Sequence record: MT939492.1
DNA length: 64,000 nt
Reading direction: 5' to 3' (one strand)
Below are positions 49,184 to 58,698 of this stretch, piece by piece. The translations under genes and the position numbers were made by a program. The notes below the pieces were generated by a model, which worked only from the letters and a program-made list of their open reading frames with translations, did not search any database and was not told where the DNA came from. The number at the start of each line of letters is the position of its first letter. Within the stretch, counting starts at the first letter, position 1.

Positions 49184-51268
49184 ATGATGACTGCAATTCG
49201 CACCGCCGCTCCGTTCGCCAATCTGCGTGGTACGTTGGACCGTTCGCGGACTGCCCCGGTCTATGACCCGGAACAGATCCCGTCGCACTGCCCGATGTTC
49301 TACATCTTCGCAGAGAAGGGCCCGACCCTGCCGCAACTCGTGAGTGGCGCGGGCTTCGAACAGATGTACGGCACCAAATCGCTGGATGCGCGCGGCAAGT
49401 TCGCCACGCACCAGCTCCCGTTCGTCAAGCTGATGAACGCCAACGCCAACGCCATGTTCGTCCAGCGTGTGATCGACCCCGAAGCAGCCGACGCTGCAAC
49501 CTGGGCGCTCTACGTGGACATGGTCAAGGATCAGATCAAGCAGTACGAGCGCGGCACCGATGGCCGCTTCAAGCTCGATACCAACCAGCAGAAGATCCCC
49601 ACCGGCGAGACCGTCGAGGGCTGGATCGTCCGCCTGGCCTGGGGTGAGCACGTCAAGGGTGACCTGGGCGAAGCTGCCCAGACCGTCGGCAAGATCGTGT
49701 CCAGCACCGGTGAGCAGTCGGAGATGTTCCCGATCTGGGAAATCAGCGTGTCCGATCCGGGTGCTTACGGCACCAACCTCGGCCTGCGCCTGTCGGCTCC
49801 GAACGTGAACTCCCAGCCGGCCGGCCTGGACGAAACCACCATGGTTTCCAACAGCGCCTACCTGTACCGCCTGGCCGCCGTCGAGCGTCCCAACGCCGCC
49901 AGCTCTGCTGTCGTGCAGGAAGGCGTCAAGGGTCAGCGTTACCTGGACTTCTCGTTCAAGGACGGCGTGATCTCGGCCGAAGACCAGGCCTTCTTCATCG
50001 GCGACTCGCTGGTGGAAACCTGGCGTGAAGTCGAAGACAGCGGCGTGCTGCGCAAGCAGGGTCCGTTCGGCGCTCAGTTCATCTACGAGGACAACCTCAA
50101 GGAAGTGCTGACCCGCCTGTTCGAAGCCGAGCAGCCGTACGGCCTGCTGGGCGAGAGCGACGATGCCGACGAGCACTACCACCTGGTCAACTTCCTGACC
50201 GCGACCGACCAGTACCTCACCCCGTACTTCGCGGTGGAACTGCGCGGCCCGCTGCAGGATGGCCTGCTGTTCGATGCTTCCTCCACGCACTACGCCGTGG
50301 GCGGTGTCGACGGCAAGACCGACAACAAGACCTTCAACGCGCTGGTGCGTGAGCAGGCCGCCAACTTCGGCGAGATGGAAGCGGATCTGTACGATACCGC
50401 CATCTACGACATGTCCGTGTTCTACGACTCCGGCTTCGACATGGAGACCAAGAACGCGCTGCTGTCGATCATCGGCAAGCGTTACGACGTGGCCGTGATC
50501 GTGGCGACGCAGGACGTGGAGCGTCCGATCAACGCCGCCGAAGCCGACTCCTCGGCTGCGATGGCGCTGTCGACCCGTGCGTCGAACTACCCCGAGTCGG
50601 TTCTGTTCGGTACGCCTGCCTGCCGCGCTGCGGTGGTTGCTGGCGCCGGCAAGCTGAAGAACCAGTCGGTGTATCGCGGCCTGCTGCCGTTCACCTACGA
50701 AATCGCCAACATGTGCTCGAAGTTCATGGGCGCTGGCAACGGTTTCTGGGCGGACGAGTACTCGATGGACGAGTGGCCGAACAACGTGATGTCGTCCTTC
50801 AAGGACACCAACATCGTGTTCCGTCGTGCGAACGCTCGCGACGAAGACTGGCGCAACAACATGATCTACGCCCAGAACTTCGATCGCCGCTCGGCGCACT
50901 TCCCGGCGTTCCAGACCGTGTACCAGGACGACTCCTCGGTCCTCAACTCGCTGGTGACCATGTTCGCCATCGTCGAGGTCGAGAAGATCTGCCAGCGCGT
51001 CTGGCGTCGCCTGACGGGCATCTCCAAGCTGACCGGTGAGCAGTTCGCCGAGCGCTCGGACCGCCTGATCAACGCCGCGCTGAAGGATCGCTTCGGCACC
51101 CGCTTCATCTTCACCGCTGTCACCAGCTTCACCCCGGACGACACCCAGCGTGGTTACAGCTGGTCGACCCAGGTGGACGTCGGTGCCAATGGCCAGATGA
51201 CCGTGGGCACCTACACGATCGTCGCCCGTCGTCGTGCCGACATGGAAGCGAGCCAGACGGGGGCGTAA
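49184..51268 (+). CDS. Tail sheath protein (phiKZ gp29-like)
   Basis: 694 aa; P.HCPMFYIFAEKGP N-terminal motif, YDSGF and PESVLFGTPACRA; immediately followed by the tube-size gene. Confidence 0.88.
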   Translation: MMTAIRTAAPFANLRGTLDRSRTAPVYDPEQIPSHCPMFYIFAEKGPTLPQLVSGAGFEQMYGTKSLDARGKFATHQLPFVKLMNANANAMFVQRVIDPEAADAATWALYVDMVKDQIKQYERGTDGRFKLDTNQQKIPTGETVEGWIVRLAWGEHVKGDLGEAAQTVGKIVSSTGEQSEMFPIWEISVSDPGAYGTNLGLRLSAPNVNSQPAGLDETTMVSNSAYLYRLAAVERPNAASSAVVQEGVKGQRYLDFSFKDGVISAEDQAFFIGDSLVETWREVEDSGVLRKQGPFGAQFIYEDNLKEVLTRLFEAEQPYGLLGESDDADEHYHLVNFLTATDQYLTPYFAVELRGPLQDGLLFDASSTHYAVGGVDGKTDNKTFNALVREQAANFGEMEADLYDTAIYDMSVFYDSGFDMETKNALLSIIGKRYDVAVIVATQDVERPINAAEADSSAAMALSTRASNYPESVLFGTPACRAAVVAGAGKLKNQSVYRGLLPFTYEIANMCSKFMGAGNGFWADEYSMDEWPNNVMSSFKDTNIVFRRANARDEDWRNNMIYAQNFDRRSAHFPAFQTVYQDDSSVLNSLVTMFAIVEVEKICQRVWRRLTGISKLTGEQFAERSDRLINAALKDRFGTRFIFTAVTSFTPDDTQRGYSWSTQVDVGANGQMTVGTYTIVARRRADMEASQTGA

Positions 51269-51321
51269 GCCCCCTGCTGGTCACGCCCTGAACCCGTTCA
51301 TCACAACTCAGGAGATACTCC

Positions 51322-52191
51322 ATGCGTTTGAAAGACGCACTCGCGGGTCAGAAGGGTCCGAATCGCTTCGGCCATGCTCCGACCCTGGACACCCGTTACG
51401 GCGCATCGATGGGCTTCACCCCGGACTACAAGGCGTACGTTTCCAACGCGCCCTTCGTCCGCCGGAACCTGTTCGCGCTGCTGCTGGAAGCCCCCGCCGG
51501 CTTCCAGAACCTGCCCAACCCGGAATACTGGGTCGGTGCACTGAAGGCCCTGATCGAAGAGCAGTCGCTCGTGATCGAAGGCCTGACCGGTACGCTGACT
51601 GCGTCCTTCGAAGACACCCCGTTCGGTGGTGCCGGCGAAATGATGCAGGCGGTCTCGGACATGAAGCGCGAGCGCTCCCAGCCCTCGCACACCCTGAACG
51701 AGAAGTACGGCCGCTCCTGGAACAAGTTCCTGGAAGGCTGGATGACCGGTCTGCTGATGGACCCGGAAAGCAAGGTTCCCACCGTGATGGCCAACAGCGT
51801 TGCTGCCAACCGTCCGACGGACCTGCTGCCGGACGTGGTCGGCGCCACCGTGCTCTACATCGAGCCGGACCCGACGCACACCCATCCGCTGAAGGCCTAC
51901 CTCACCACCAACATGATGCCGGAAACCGGCGGCGAAGTACAGAGCCGTCGCGACCTGACGCAGGCTGGTGAAAAGCTGGACATCCCGGTTCGTTTCTCGG
52001 GCGTGACCCAGCAGGGTGAGGGCGTGCTGCGTTTCGCCGAGCAGATGATGCGTCGCATCAACATGACCGGCGTCAATCCGAACCTGCGGCCTGCCTTCAT
52101 GGACCGCATCAGCGCCGACGTCAGCGCGCTGTCGGATACCGGCTACGTCGAGGCGATCAACCGCCAGGCGAACACCGCGATCAGTCCGTAA
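51322..52191 (+). CDS. Tail tube protein (phiKZ gp30-like)
   Basis: 289 aa after the sheath; YVSNAPFVRRN, EKYGRS and LYIEPDPT motifs; strong codon bias. Confidence 0.82.
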   Translation: MRLKDALAGQKGPNRFGHAPTLDTRYGASMGFTPDYKAYVSNAPFVRRNLFALLLEAPAGFQNLPNPEYWVGALKALIEEQSLVIEGLTGTLTASFEDTPFGGAGEMMQAVSDMKRERSQPSHTLNEKYGRSWNKFLEGWMTGLLMDPESKVPTVMANSVAANRPTDLLPDVVGATVLYIEPDPTHTHPLKAYLTTNMMPETGGEVQSRRDLTQAGEKLDIPVRFSGVTQQGEGVLRFAEQMMRRINMTGVNPNLRPAFMDRISADVSALSDTGYVEAINRQANTAISP

Positions 52192-52200
52192 CTTGGGCTG

Positions 52201-52239
52201 GACATATCGGGAGGGGCTTCGGCCCCTCCCCTTATGCCG
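52201..52239 (+). terminator. CATA-GGGAGGGGC-TTCG-GCCCCTCCC-TTATGCC hairpin
   Basis: Follows the tube gene; belongs to the hairpin family. Confidence 0.75.
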
Positions 52240-52252
52240 TGATTCCAATTTC

Positions 52253-52269
52253 TTTCAACCATACATCAC
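52253..52269 (+). promoter_or_regulatory. Putative early promoter TTTCAA-N3-TACATCAC
   Basis: Same architecture as the motifs at 42462 and 58606; precedes the membrane-protein island. Confidence 0.5.
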
Positions 52270-52307
52270 CTTACTGCAATACCTTCCGCAAAACCACCCA
52301 ACGGAGC

Positions 52308-52658
52308 ATCATGAACATCTTCACCATTATTCTTATCGCCTTCGCAGCTGTTGCGTTGGCTTTCAACGTATCTGCGCTGTACGCGTGGATGCAACACTTC
52401 AACGCTAGCCGAGGACATGACAACTATCATTTCGACTACACCGGGGGAGCTTACCGTTTGGGGGAACAAGAACTGGTACTGATGGAAATTGGCGCTTTCG
52501 TCATTGCCGCAATAGCTACACTTTTGGCTGTACTTTCGATCTACATGCACTACATTCTCGTAGTCAACTTTGCAGTCGCTACGGTAACTGCTTTGGTCTA
52601 CGCAAGGGGCATCCGTCACCAACGCCTCTACCCCATTACCCATCGTTTCCACTTGTAG
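52308..52658 (+). CDS. Small multi-pass membrane protein
   Basis: Track ORF 52239..52658; the likely start is near MNIFTIIL (GGAG upstream, ~52308-52311). Three hydrophobic segments; lower GC than the core genes. Confidence 0.65.
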   Translation: MMNIFTIILIAFAAVALAFNVSALYAWMQHFNASRGHDNYHFDYTGGAYRLGEQELVLMEIGAFVIAAIATLLAVLSIYMHYILVVNFAVATVTALVYARGIRHQRLYPITHRFHL

Positions 52659-52670
52659 GAGATAGCCGCT

Positions 52671-52913
52671 ATGGCTTCGCAAATCAATCCCAGCCAGCTG
52701 CGACTGGTCCGCGTTCTGGATGCGCCTGCTGCACCGATCCATGTTCCCGCCCGCCGTACCACCCCGCGCAAGAACTTCGTTCAGCGCGCCTGGGAGGACG
52801 ACCCGGCCGCAGTTGTCGCCGGCGGCATCGTGCTGCTCGGCGTTGGCATCATCGCCGGTGCTCTGATCCACGAGCACTTCTTCGATGAACCCGCCCCGTT
52901 CCACTACCTGTAA
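52671..52913 (+). CDS. Small single-pass membrane protein (80 aa)
   Basis: AGGAG RBS; TM segment AVVAGGIVLLGVGIIAGALI. Confidence 0.7.
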   Translation: MASQINPSQLRLVRVLDAPAAPIHVPARRTTPRKNFVQRAWEDDPAAVVAGGIVLLGVGIIAGALIHEHFFDEPAPFHYL

Positions 52914-52931
52914 ACCAATCGCAAAGGAACC

Positions 52932-53300
52932 GTGATGTTCGTAATCAATCTGTTCGACGTGCTGTTCGCTTTCATCATGTCGGCTCCGCTGGTGTTCTGG
53001 GGCTGGGTCATGGGCCGCACGTGGAGCAAGAGTAAGGCCAGTCGGAGTATCGACACGTTCTGGACCAAGGCCACCTTGGCACTCCAGCATGGTGACAAGC
53101 GCTACCGCGCTCACGCCTTAGTTTGGAATGGTGTCTTCTTCGGCTTGATCGCGTGGGGCATTCTGGTTCCTCTGCTCATCGCGATGTTCTGGAGCCGCTC
53201 GTGGATCGTCCTGATCCCGAGCGGCATTTCTCTGTACCCCATCTTGAGCATGTCGGGGTATCTCACCTGGTGCTCGACCCGAGTTTCGACAAGCGCATAA
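52932..53300 (+). CDS. Small membrane protein (122 aa)
   Basis: AAGGA RBS; about 3 hydrophobic segments. Confidence 0.65.
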   Translation: MMFVINLFDVLFAFIMSAPLVFWGWVMGRTWSKSKASRSIDTFWTKATLALQHGDKRYRAHALVWNGVFFGLIAWGILVPLLIAMFWSRSWIVLIPSGISLYPILSMSGYLTWCSTRVSTSA

Positions 53301-53316
53301 ACGGAGCTTCACGCAA

Positions 53317-53661
53317 ATGGCAATTTTCCTCTTCAGCATCATCGGCGGTCTCTACCTCACCTTCGCCGCATTCCGCTTGTTCGGCGAACAGGCTCGTATC
53401 CTCGCAGCCGCTGGGATGATGCCCAGAACGTTCCTGGCCGAGGTGGAGGATGCGCAGACGTATCCGATCCGTTTCTGGTTCGGGGTACTGCTGAGCTGCT
53501 GGACTTACATCGTGATCGGATCGATCGCTTTCTACCTGATCTACGATGACTGGAACTACGACTACGAGAAGATCCTGCTGTGGCCGTTCATCGCCGCATT
53601 GGTCTGTGTGATCGCCAAGGTTCGTGCCTACTCGGTCTACACCAACAGCGCTTTCAAGTGA
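53317..53661 (+). CDS. Small membrane protein (114 aa)
   Basis: GGAG upstream; 3 hydrophobic segments. Confidence 0.65.
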   Translation: MAIFLFSIIGGLYLTFAAFRLFGEQARILAAAGMMPRTFLAEVEDAQTYPIRFWFGVLLSCWTYIVIGSIAFYLIYDDWNYDYEKILLWPFIAALVCVIAKVRAYSVYTNSAFK

Positions 53662-53663
53662 TG

Positions 53664-53737
53664 AGTTCCCGTAGGGGTTCCCGTCCTGCTCACCGAAAGG
53701 TGGGTGGGGCGGGAGATTCTATGGGACTTATTTTTTT
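53664..53737 (+). terminator. Long G-U-rich stem with GAAA loop and T7 tract
   Basis: TCCCGTCCTGCTCACC-GAAA-GGTGGGTGGGGCGGGA with outer pairing, then TATTTTTTT. Confidence 0.7.
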
Positions 53738-53748
53738 GGTGTCTGGCT

Positions 53749-55968
53749 ATGATCTTGTTCAAAGAGGATTGGGACAAGTACTACAATCCCATTCCCGACT
53801 ACAACACCACGAACGAAAGCTTCCTGAAAATGGCCTCCAAGTACAAGGCCATGGGGATCCAGAACTACCACTGGCATCTGGCGCTGATGCAGCCGGAGCT
53901 CTCTGGTGTGAACGCACACGATCCGGACCTTGATCCGGAAATCAAGCTGATGATCAGCCGCGAGTGCAAGTTCAACCCGATGTACTTCTTCCGAGAAGTC
54001 GTCCGCATTCCGCCTCAGGGTGAACCCGAGGCCGTTCCGTTGCGCGCCAACCGTGGCAACATGGCGCTGTACTGGAGCTTCTTCAACAACATCGACTGCT
54101 TCTTGATTCAGCCGCGACAGACCGGTAAGTCGGTTTCGACCGACGCCCTGTCCACTTGGATCATTTACGTCGGCGCTCGCAATACCCGCATGTACCTGAT
54201 CACGAAGGATCATGCGCTGCGTAAGGCGAATATCGATCGACTCAAGACCTTCCGCGATGAGCTGCCGCCTTGGATGCTGGAACGCTCGGCTGCCGATGCC
54301 AACAACAGCGAAGAGATCAGCTACATGGCGCTGGGCAACCGCTACAGCACCGGCGTGTCTCAGGGCGACCCCAAGGGCGCTGACAAGCTGGGCCGTGGTC
54401 TGACCGTGCCGGTTCTGCACTTCGATGAGCCGCCGTATGTTGACTACATCGGCATCACTCTGCCCGTGGCGATTTCCTCGGGTAACGCGGCACGTGAGAA
54501 TGCCCGTCGAAACGGCCAGCCCTCTGGTATCATCTACACAACAACTGCGGGCCGTAAGGATGACCGCGATGGTGGCTTCATCTACGACGTGCTGATGGGT
54601 GGCACTGTCTGGAACGAAACCTACTTCGACTGTAAGGACAACGCCGAGCTGATTGAGACGGTGAAGGCCAACGGTCGCGATAAGGTCTCCCCGCTGCTGA
54701 ACATCACCATGTCCCATCGTCAGCTGGGTCTGACCGACGAATGGTTGCACGTGGCAATGGCCAAGGCCAAGATCTCTGGTGAGGCGGCTGACCGCGATTA
54801 CCTGAACATCTGGACCTCGGGTACGCAGAGTTCCCCGCTGACTCCCGCACAGAACGAGGCCATCCGTCTGAGCGAAATGGAGATCGTCGAGAACGAGATC
54901 CATCGTGAAGGTCGCTATGCACTGCGTAAGTACTTCGACTCCGAAGACTTCATGTACGTGCATGACAACAGCCACTTCCTGGGCGGTATGGATACCTCCG
55001 ACGCCATCGGTCGCGACGGCATTGGTCTGGTGGTCTCCAATGCGTACAACATGGCCACTGCGGCCGCCGGTACGTACAACAAGACCAATCTGCTGCAGTA
55101 CGCCACCTACGTTGCGCATCTGCTGAAGAAGTACCCGAACATGACGTTGATCATCGAACGCAAGGGTTCGGGTCAGTCGGTGCTGGACATGCTGCTGATG
55201 CTCCTGCCGAAGATGGGGATGGATCCCTTCAAGCGCCTGTTCAATCGTGTCGTCGATGAAGCCTCTGAGAAGCGTGATCGCTTCGAGGAAGTCTGGCGTA
55301 CTCCGGAGACGCATCGTAGCGTGGAGTTCTACTCCAAGTACAAGGAGCTGTTCGGCTTCGTCACGACCAAGGAAACCCGTGACCTGCTGTACGGGGACGT
55401 GTTGCAGGAAGCTGCACGTAACTGCTGCGACGGTGTCATCGACAAGATCCTGTCCAATGAAATCCGTGGCCTGGTCATCAAGAACGGTCGACTGGATCAC
55501 AAGGCCGGTGGTCACGACGACATGGTCATCTCCTGGCTGCTCAACCACTGGCTCGCCCAGTATGGCCGCAACCTGGAACACTATGGCATCCCGACCAAGT
55601 TGCTGCGTCGTGCGGTCTCCAACACGGGCCGTCAGATGCGTCATGAGGAAGTTCGTCAGCAGGAACAGCAGCTCAGCATTCAGGAGGAGATCGATGAGGT
55701 CTCTGCGCGCCTGAAGGGTATTCGTGACCCGATGCTGCAGGCTAAGTTGGAACACCGCCTGAAGGTTCTTCAGAGCCGAGTGGTGGTCAGTGATGTGGAA
55801 GCGACCAGCGTGGATGAGCTGCTGCGAAGCAGTGAAGACTCGCGAGAAGTTAGCATGAAGTCTGATGCTATCTCTCGCCGTCGTCCGATCGATTCTGATT
55901 CTCTGCGCAATGGTCTTCGTGGTCGTCGTGCTGATCCGCTGCGTGACTTGGCGGTATGGCGAAGCTGA
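53749..55968 (+). CDS. terL: Terminase large subunit
   Basis: Likely start MILFKEDW (53749). Walker A PRQTGKS, Walker B LHFDE, YTTTAG coupling motif, nuclease GMDTSDA and HDDMV; uninterrupted. Confidence 0.92.
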   Translation: MILFKEDWDKYYNPIPDYNTTNESFLKMASKYKAMGIQNYHWHLALMQPELSGVNAHDPDLDPEIKLMISRECKFNPMYFFREVVRIPPQGEPEAVPLRANRGNMALYWSFFNNIDCFLIQPRQTGKSVSTDALSTWIIYVGARNTRMYLITKDHALRKANIDRLKTFRDELPPWMLERSAADANNSEEISYMALGNRYSTGVSQGDPKGADKLGRGLTVPVLHFDEPPYVDYIGITLPVAISSGNAARENARRNGQPSGIIYTTTAGRKDDRDGGFIYDVLMGGTVWNETYFDCKDNAELIETVKANGRDKVSPLLNITMSHRQLGLTDEWLHVAMAKAKISGEAADRDYLNIWTSGTQSSPLTPAQNEAIRLSEMEIVENEIHREGRYALRKYFDSEDFMYVHDNSHFLGGMDTSDAIGRDGIGLVVSNAYNMATAAAGTYNKTNLLQYATYVAHLLKKYPNMTLIIERKGSGQSVLDMLLMLLPKMGMDPFKRLFNRVVDEASEKRDRFEEVWRTPETHRSVEFYSKYKELFGFVTTKETRDLLYGDVLQEAARNCCDGVIDKILSNEIRGLVIKNGRLDHKAGGHDDMVISWLLNHWLAQYGRNLEHYGIPTKLLRRAVSNTGRQMRHEEVRQQEQQLSIQEEIDEVSARLKGIRDPMLQAKLEHRLKVLQSRVVVSDVEATSVDELLRSSEDSREVSMKSDAISRRRPIDSDSLRNGLRGRRADPLRDLAVWRS

Positions 55969-56014
55969 TCTGTATGAACCCTTTGCAGTGCACTTAGAAA
56001 CAGGAGAGTTGGTA

Positions 56015-56839
56015 ATGGATCGCTGGGCGCAAGTACTGAAGAAGCCGACGTCGTTATTGTCATTGATTTTCTGGCCACTGTTGACCGTGGCTCGATTGTT
56101 CGTGGCAGTGCTGCGCGGCTTCGGCTGGGGCTTTGCTCGGGAGAAGGGTCACGTGTGGGTCGGCTTTGGTCGACTCGTACCTGGTCATCTGGAGGAGTTC
56201 TCGATGTTCTGGAACTTCTTCAAGGTGGGGAACCGGCTGGGCATCAACCTGACCATACGTCGGGAGTCGGATGACGCGTACTCACTGCACGTTTCCATTC
56301 CCTACCTCTTCTCTCTGCAGATATCGCTGGACGCTGGAATGTCGAGGTTCCGCGAAGTCTTCTTGCAAGGCGCAGCTGACTACTGCTGGAAGATCGTTTA
56401 CTACACTTCTGGCTTCTTCGAGGTGAAGGCGTTCTTCCGCCGTTTCGACGGTGAGCGAAAAGGCACTGGCTTCAATTTCCAGATCGAAGACGAGGGGCGG
56501 CACGAGTATCACGTTGAGAAAGTGCAGCTGGTACGCGGCTATGGTCAGATTCCCCCTACCGACCACATGCCTCCCGAGAAAGTGAACGTGGAGATTGCCG
56601 TTGAGGACGTCTTCCCGATCAATCATCTCGGTCTGGTTAAGCTCCACGATCGCACGCGTCGCTACACCTGCCGGTTGGTTACTCCGATCGGTGTGGTTGA
56701 GCACGATCCAACTGGCATCAAGTTCCCGCGCACCATTACGCTGGCTGTTGAAGATTCCACCTTCCAGACCACGGCTGTCTCCAGCGTTGGACAGGCAGTG
56801 GCGCAGTATGGTCACTACCTCGCCCAGCTGAGGGCATAG
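56015..56839 (+). CDS. Hypothetical protein with N-terminal hydrophobic anchor
   Basis: Likely start MDRWAQ (AGGAG upstream); the stop codon is inside GGCATAG. Confidence 0.6.
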   Translation: MDRWAQVLKKPTSLLSLIFWPLLTVARLFVAVLRGFGWGFAREKGHVWVGFGRLVPGHLEEFSMFWNFFKVGNRLGINLTIRRESDDAYSLHVSIPYLFSLQISLDAGMSRFREVFLQGAADYCWKIVYYTSGFFEVKAFFRRFDGERKGTGFNFQIEDEGRHEYHVEKVQLVRGYGQIPPTDHMPPEKVNVEIAVEDVFPINHLGLVKLHDRTRRYTCRLVTPIGVVEHDPTGIKFPRTITLAVEDSTFQTTAVSSVGQAVAQYGHYLAQLRA

Positions 56840-56842
56840 AAA

Positions 56843-56874
56843 CATAGAGGCAGGGCGCGAGCCCTGCCTCTATG
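56843..56874. terminator. Perfect 14-bp hairpin CATAGAGGCAGGGC-GCGA-GCCCTGCCTCTATG
   Basis: Between convergent ORFs. Confidence 0.75.
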
Positions 56875-56878
56875 CCGT

Positions 56879-57301
56879 TTACATCGCCACTATCTCTCGA
56901 ATCTCACCGTCGAGATGGTCCCGGCGCAATCGCAGGATCACACGGTCGAGGTAGGCGTTGATCGCCAGGTAGTGCGGATACTCGCTCCATTTCAGGAACC
57001 AGTTGCTCATCATTGGGTAGGTGACGGGCTCCAAACACTGTGGGTCGACGCGGTCAGCCTGTGAGCCGGAAACCGCGCCAGTTACCACGAACACACTCTT
57101 GCGACACGCTGGAATCCACCAGCGGTCGTAGGTAGTGCGATAGACGATACGCTTGCACACGACCGTCAGCTCCAAGACTCCCTCGGTGCCGATCGAGAAC
57201 TTCTTTGTGGAAGCCTCATTGGATCGTTGATACGTTTGCGTATGGGATCTGCCTGTTACGTGGTGGCACAACACACCCAAGTAGAAGAGGAAAAACTTCA
57301 T
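56879..57301 (-). CDS. Hypothetical protein (start uncertain)
   Basis: Fills the gap between the gp32-like gene and the hairpin on the same strand. Confidence 0.4.
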   Translation of the reverse strand: MKFFLFYLGVLCHHVTGRSHTQTYQRSNEASTKKFSIGTEGVLELTVVCKRIVYRTTYDRWWIPACRKSVFVVTGAVSGSQADRVDPQCLEPVTYPMMSNWFLKWSEYPHYLAINAYLDRVILRLRRDHLDGEIREIVAM

Positions 57302-57331
57302 CGGAACCTGCCTTGGGGTTGGTACTGCCTA

Positions 57332-58552
57332 CTACGAGTAATGTTCCTTGGCAAATGCTCGCAGGACGAGGTACAGCATGACCGACGTCCTTACCGAAGA
57401 GATGACGCTCTCGTTTCGCGTCTTCACAGCCTGGCGGACGACCTTGTCCGAAAGGGCCTTCATTTTCAGAAGGGATGGATCAACCATCCTGGACGCCATG
57501 TAGAGCGCTCTCAGCCGAGCGATAAGTGGAACAAGAATCGAGCCGCTGTTGGCAAGGGACTTGTCGTTCAGCACGACGCTGTACGCGTGAACGAGAGTTT
57601 CGTCAACCAGTTGCTCGACTTCGGGCACACCCGGAACACGGTGGTTATCCGAGATCCAGGTGAGCGCCTCTTCAAGCAGCTTCTGCGGTGTCGTGTGCAT
57701 CGACGAGATGATCACCTGCACCAACTCCGAACGGATGAAGGTGGGGCGGTCACCGATTACGTCGTGGAGGTAACGGGTGTAGGTCGTGTAGGTGCGCTGC
57801 TTGTCCTTCACGATAACCTGACCGTTCAACTCAACCGTGGAGGAGGTTGCTCGCAGAGTGTTGCCCGAGGCACGCACTTCGTAGAACAGCTCCGTCAGGT
57901 TCTTCACGTATTCACGCAGACGCTGCTGGATGTCGGTGATCATGTAACCCACGGCGGCGTCAGGGCCGTGCTTTACGATGGTGTCATGATGCACCGACGT
58001 TTTGGACAGAATGTCGTCCGTCCGGAAATCGATCAGAGCACCCCAGCTGCCGACGATCTTCAGCAGGAACTTGCGAGTCATGGCTGCGGCAGTTGCCTGC
58101 GCCACGGCAAGGTCAGAGGGGAACTTGAAGTTGTGTGCCATGATCGAGCTGAGGAACTTGTACTGCAGGATCGTCAGCACATCCTTCATGCCTACCTCTT
58201 TCTGGGAGGTCGACAACTTGGAGTGGTAGATCGCACTGACCAACCAGCAGCAGCTCTGGTTCATCGCGTCAGTGATGCGGACGAAGTCTTCGTTGATCGT
58301 GGGCAGCGAAACGATGCGGCTGCGCAGTTCTTCTTCGTCGATGTTCAGGATATCGTCGAACCACTCCGCACGCTGCTCGTCACGGAAGCGGAACGGGTAA
58401 TGACCCAGCAGGTTCGAGCCGAGGAACTTGACGTGGTCAGGGTTCTTGGTGGCGAACTCAATGCGGAATCGGTGAATGCGCTTCATCAGCGCCAGATCGA
58501 TCTTGACGTCTTTGCAGACTTCTGCAAAGACTGTCTTCAGGGACTCGGCCAT
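57332..58552 (-). CDS. Conserved virion structural protein (phiKZ gp32-like, 406 aa)
   Basis: Motifs KNPDHVKFLGSNLLG and LYLVLRAF C-terminus; the family assignment is from memory. Confidence 0.7.
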   Translation of the reverse strand: MAESLKTVFAEVCKDVKIDLALMKRIHRFRIEFATKNPDHVKFLGSNLLGHYPFRFRDEQRAEWFDDILNIDEEELRSRIVSLPTINEDFVRITDAMNQSCCWLVSAIYHSKLSTSQKEVGMKDVLTILQYKFLSSIMAHNFKFPSDLAVAQATAAAMTRKFLLKIVGSWGALIDFRTDDILSKTSVHHDTIVKHGPDAAVGYMITDIQQRLREYVKNLTELFYEVRASGNTLRATSSTVELNGQVIVKDKQRTYTTYTRYLHDVIGDRPTFIRSELVQVIISSMHTTPQKLLEEALTWISDNHRVPGVPEVEQLVDETLVHAYSVVLNDKSLANSGSILVPLIARLRALYMASRMVDPSLLKMKALSDKVVRQAVKTRNESVISSVRTSVMLYLVLRAFAKEHYS

Positions 58553-58605
58553 GCTCGCCTACCGTGGTTTCTTAAAGGGGGTGCATAAAATGGGATCGGA
58601 AAACT

Positions 58606-58622
58606 TTTGAACTCTATATTAC
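58606..58622 (+). promoter_or_regulatory. Early promoter TTTGAA-N3-TATATTAC
   Basis: Exact match to the published phiKZ early (virion RNAP) core consensus TATATTAC, with an upstream AT-rich element. Confidence 0.7.
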
Positions 58623-58698
58623 CCTAGTGAGCGCATGCCTCAATAACAGGCTCCCGCTCGACACCTTCTTCGCAATTTCACTTATCGAGTAATCCACA

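Noticed and set aside
43936-55755. Other long opposite-strand ORFs (43936..45588, 45711..48194, 49133..50899, 53728..55755)
   Set aside because: Each fully overlaps a well-supported structural or terminase gene on the other strand.
32497-55968. Inteins, introns or homing endonucleases in the RNAP or terminase genes
   Set aside because: The ORFs are continuous and of expected size, with no intein-like C/HN termini or LAGLIDADG/HNH motifs seen.
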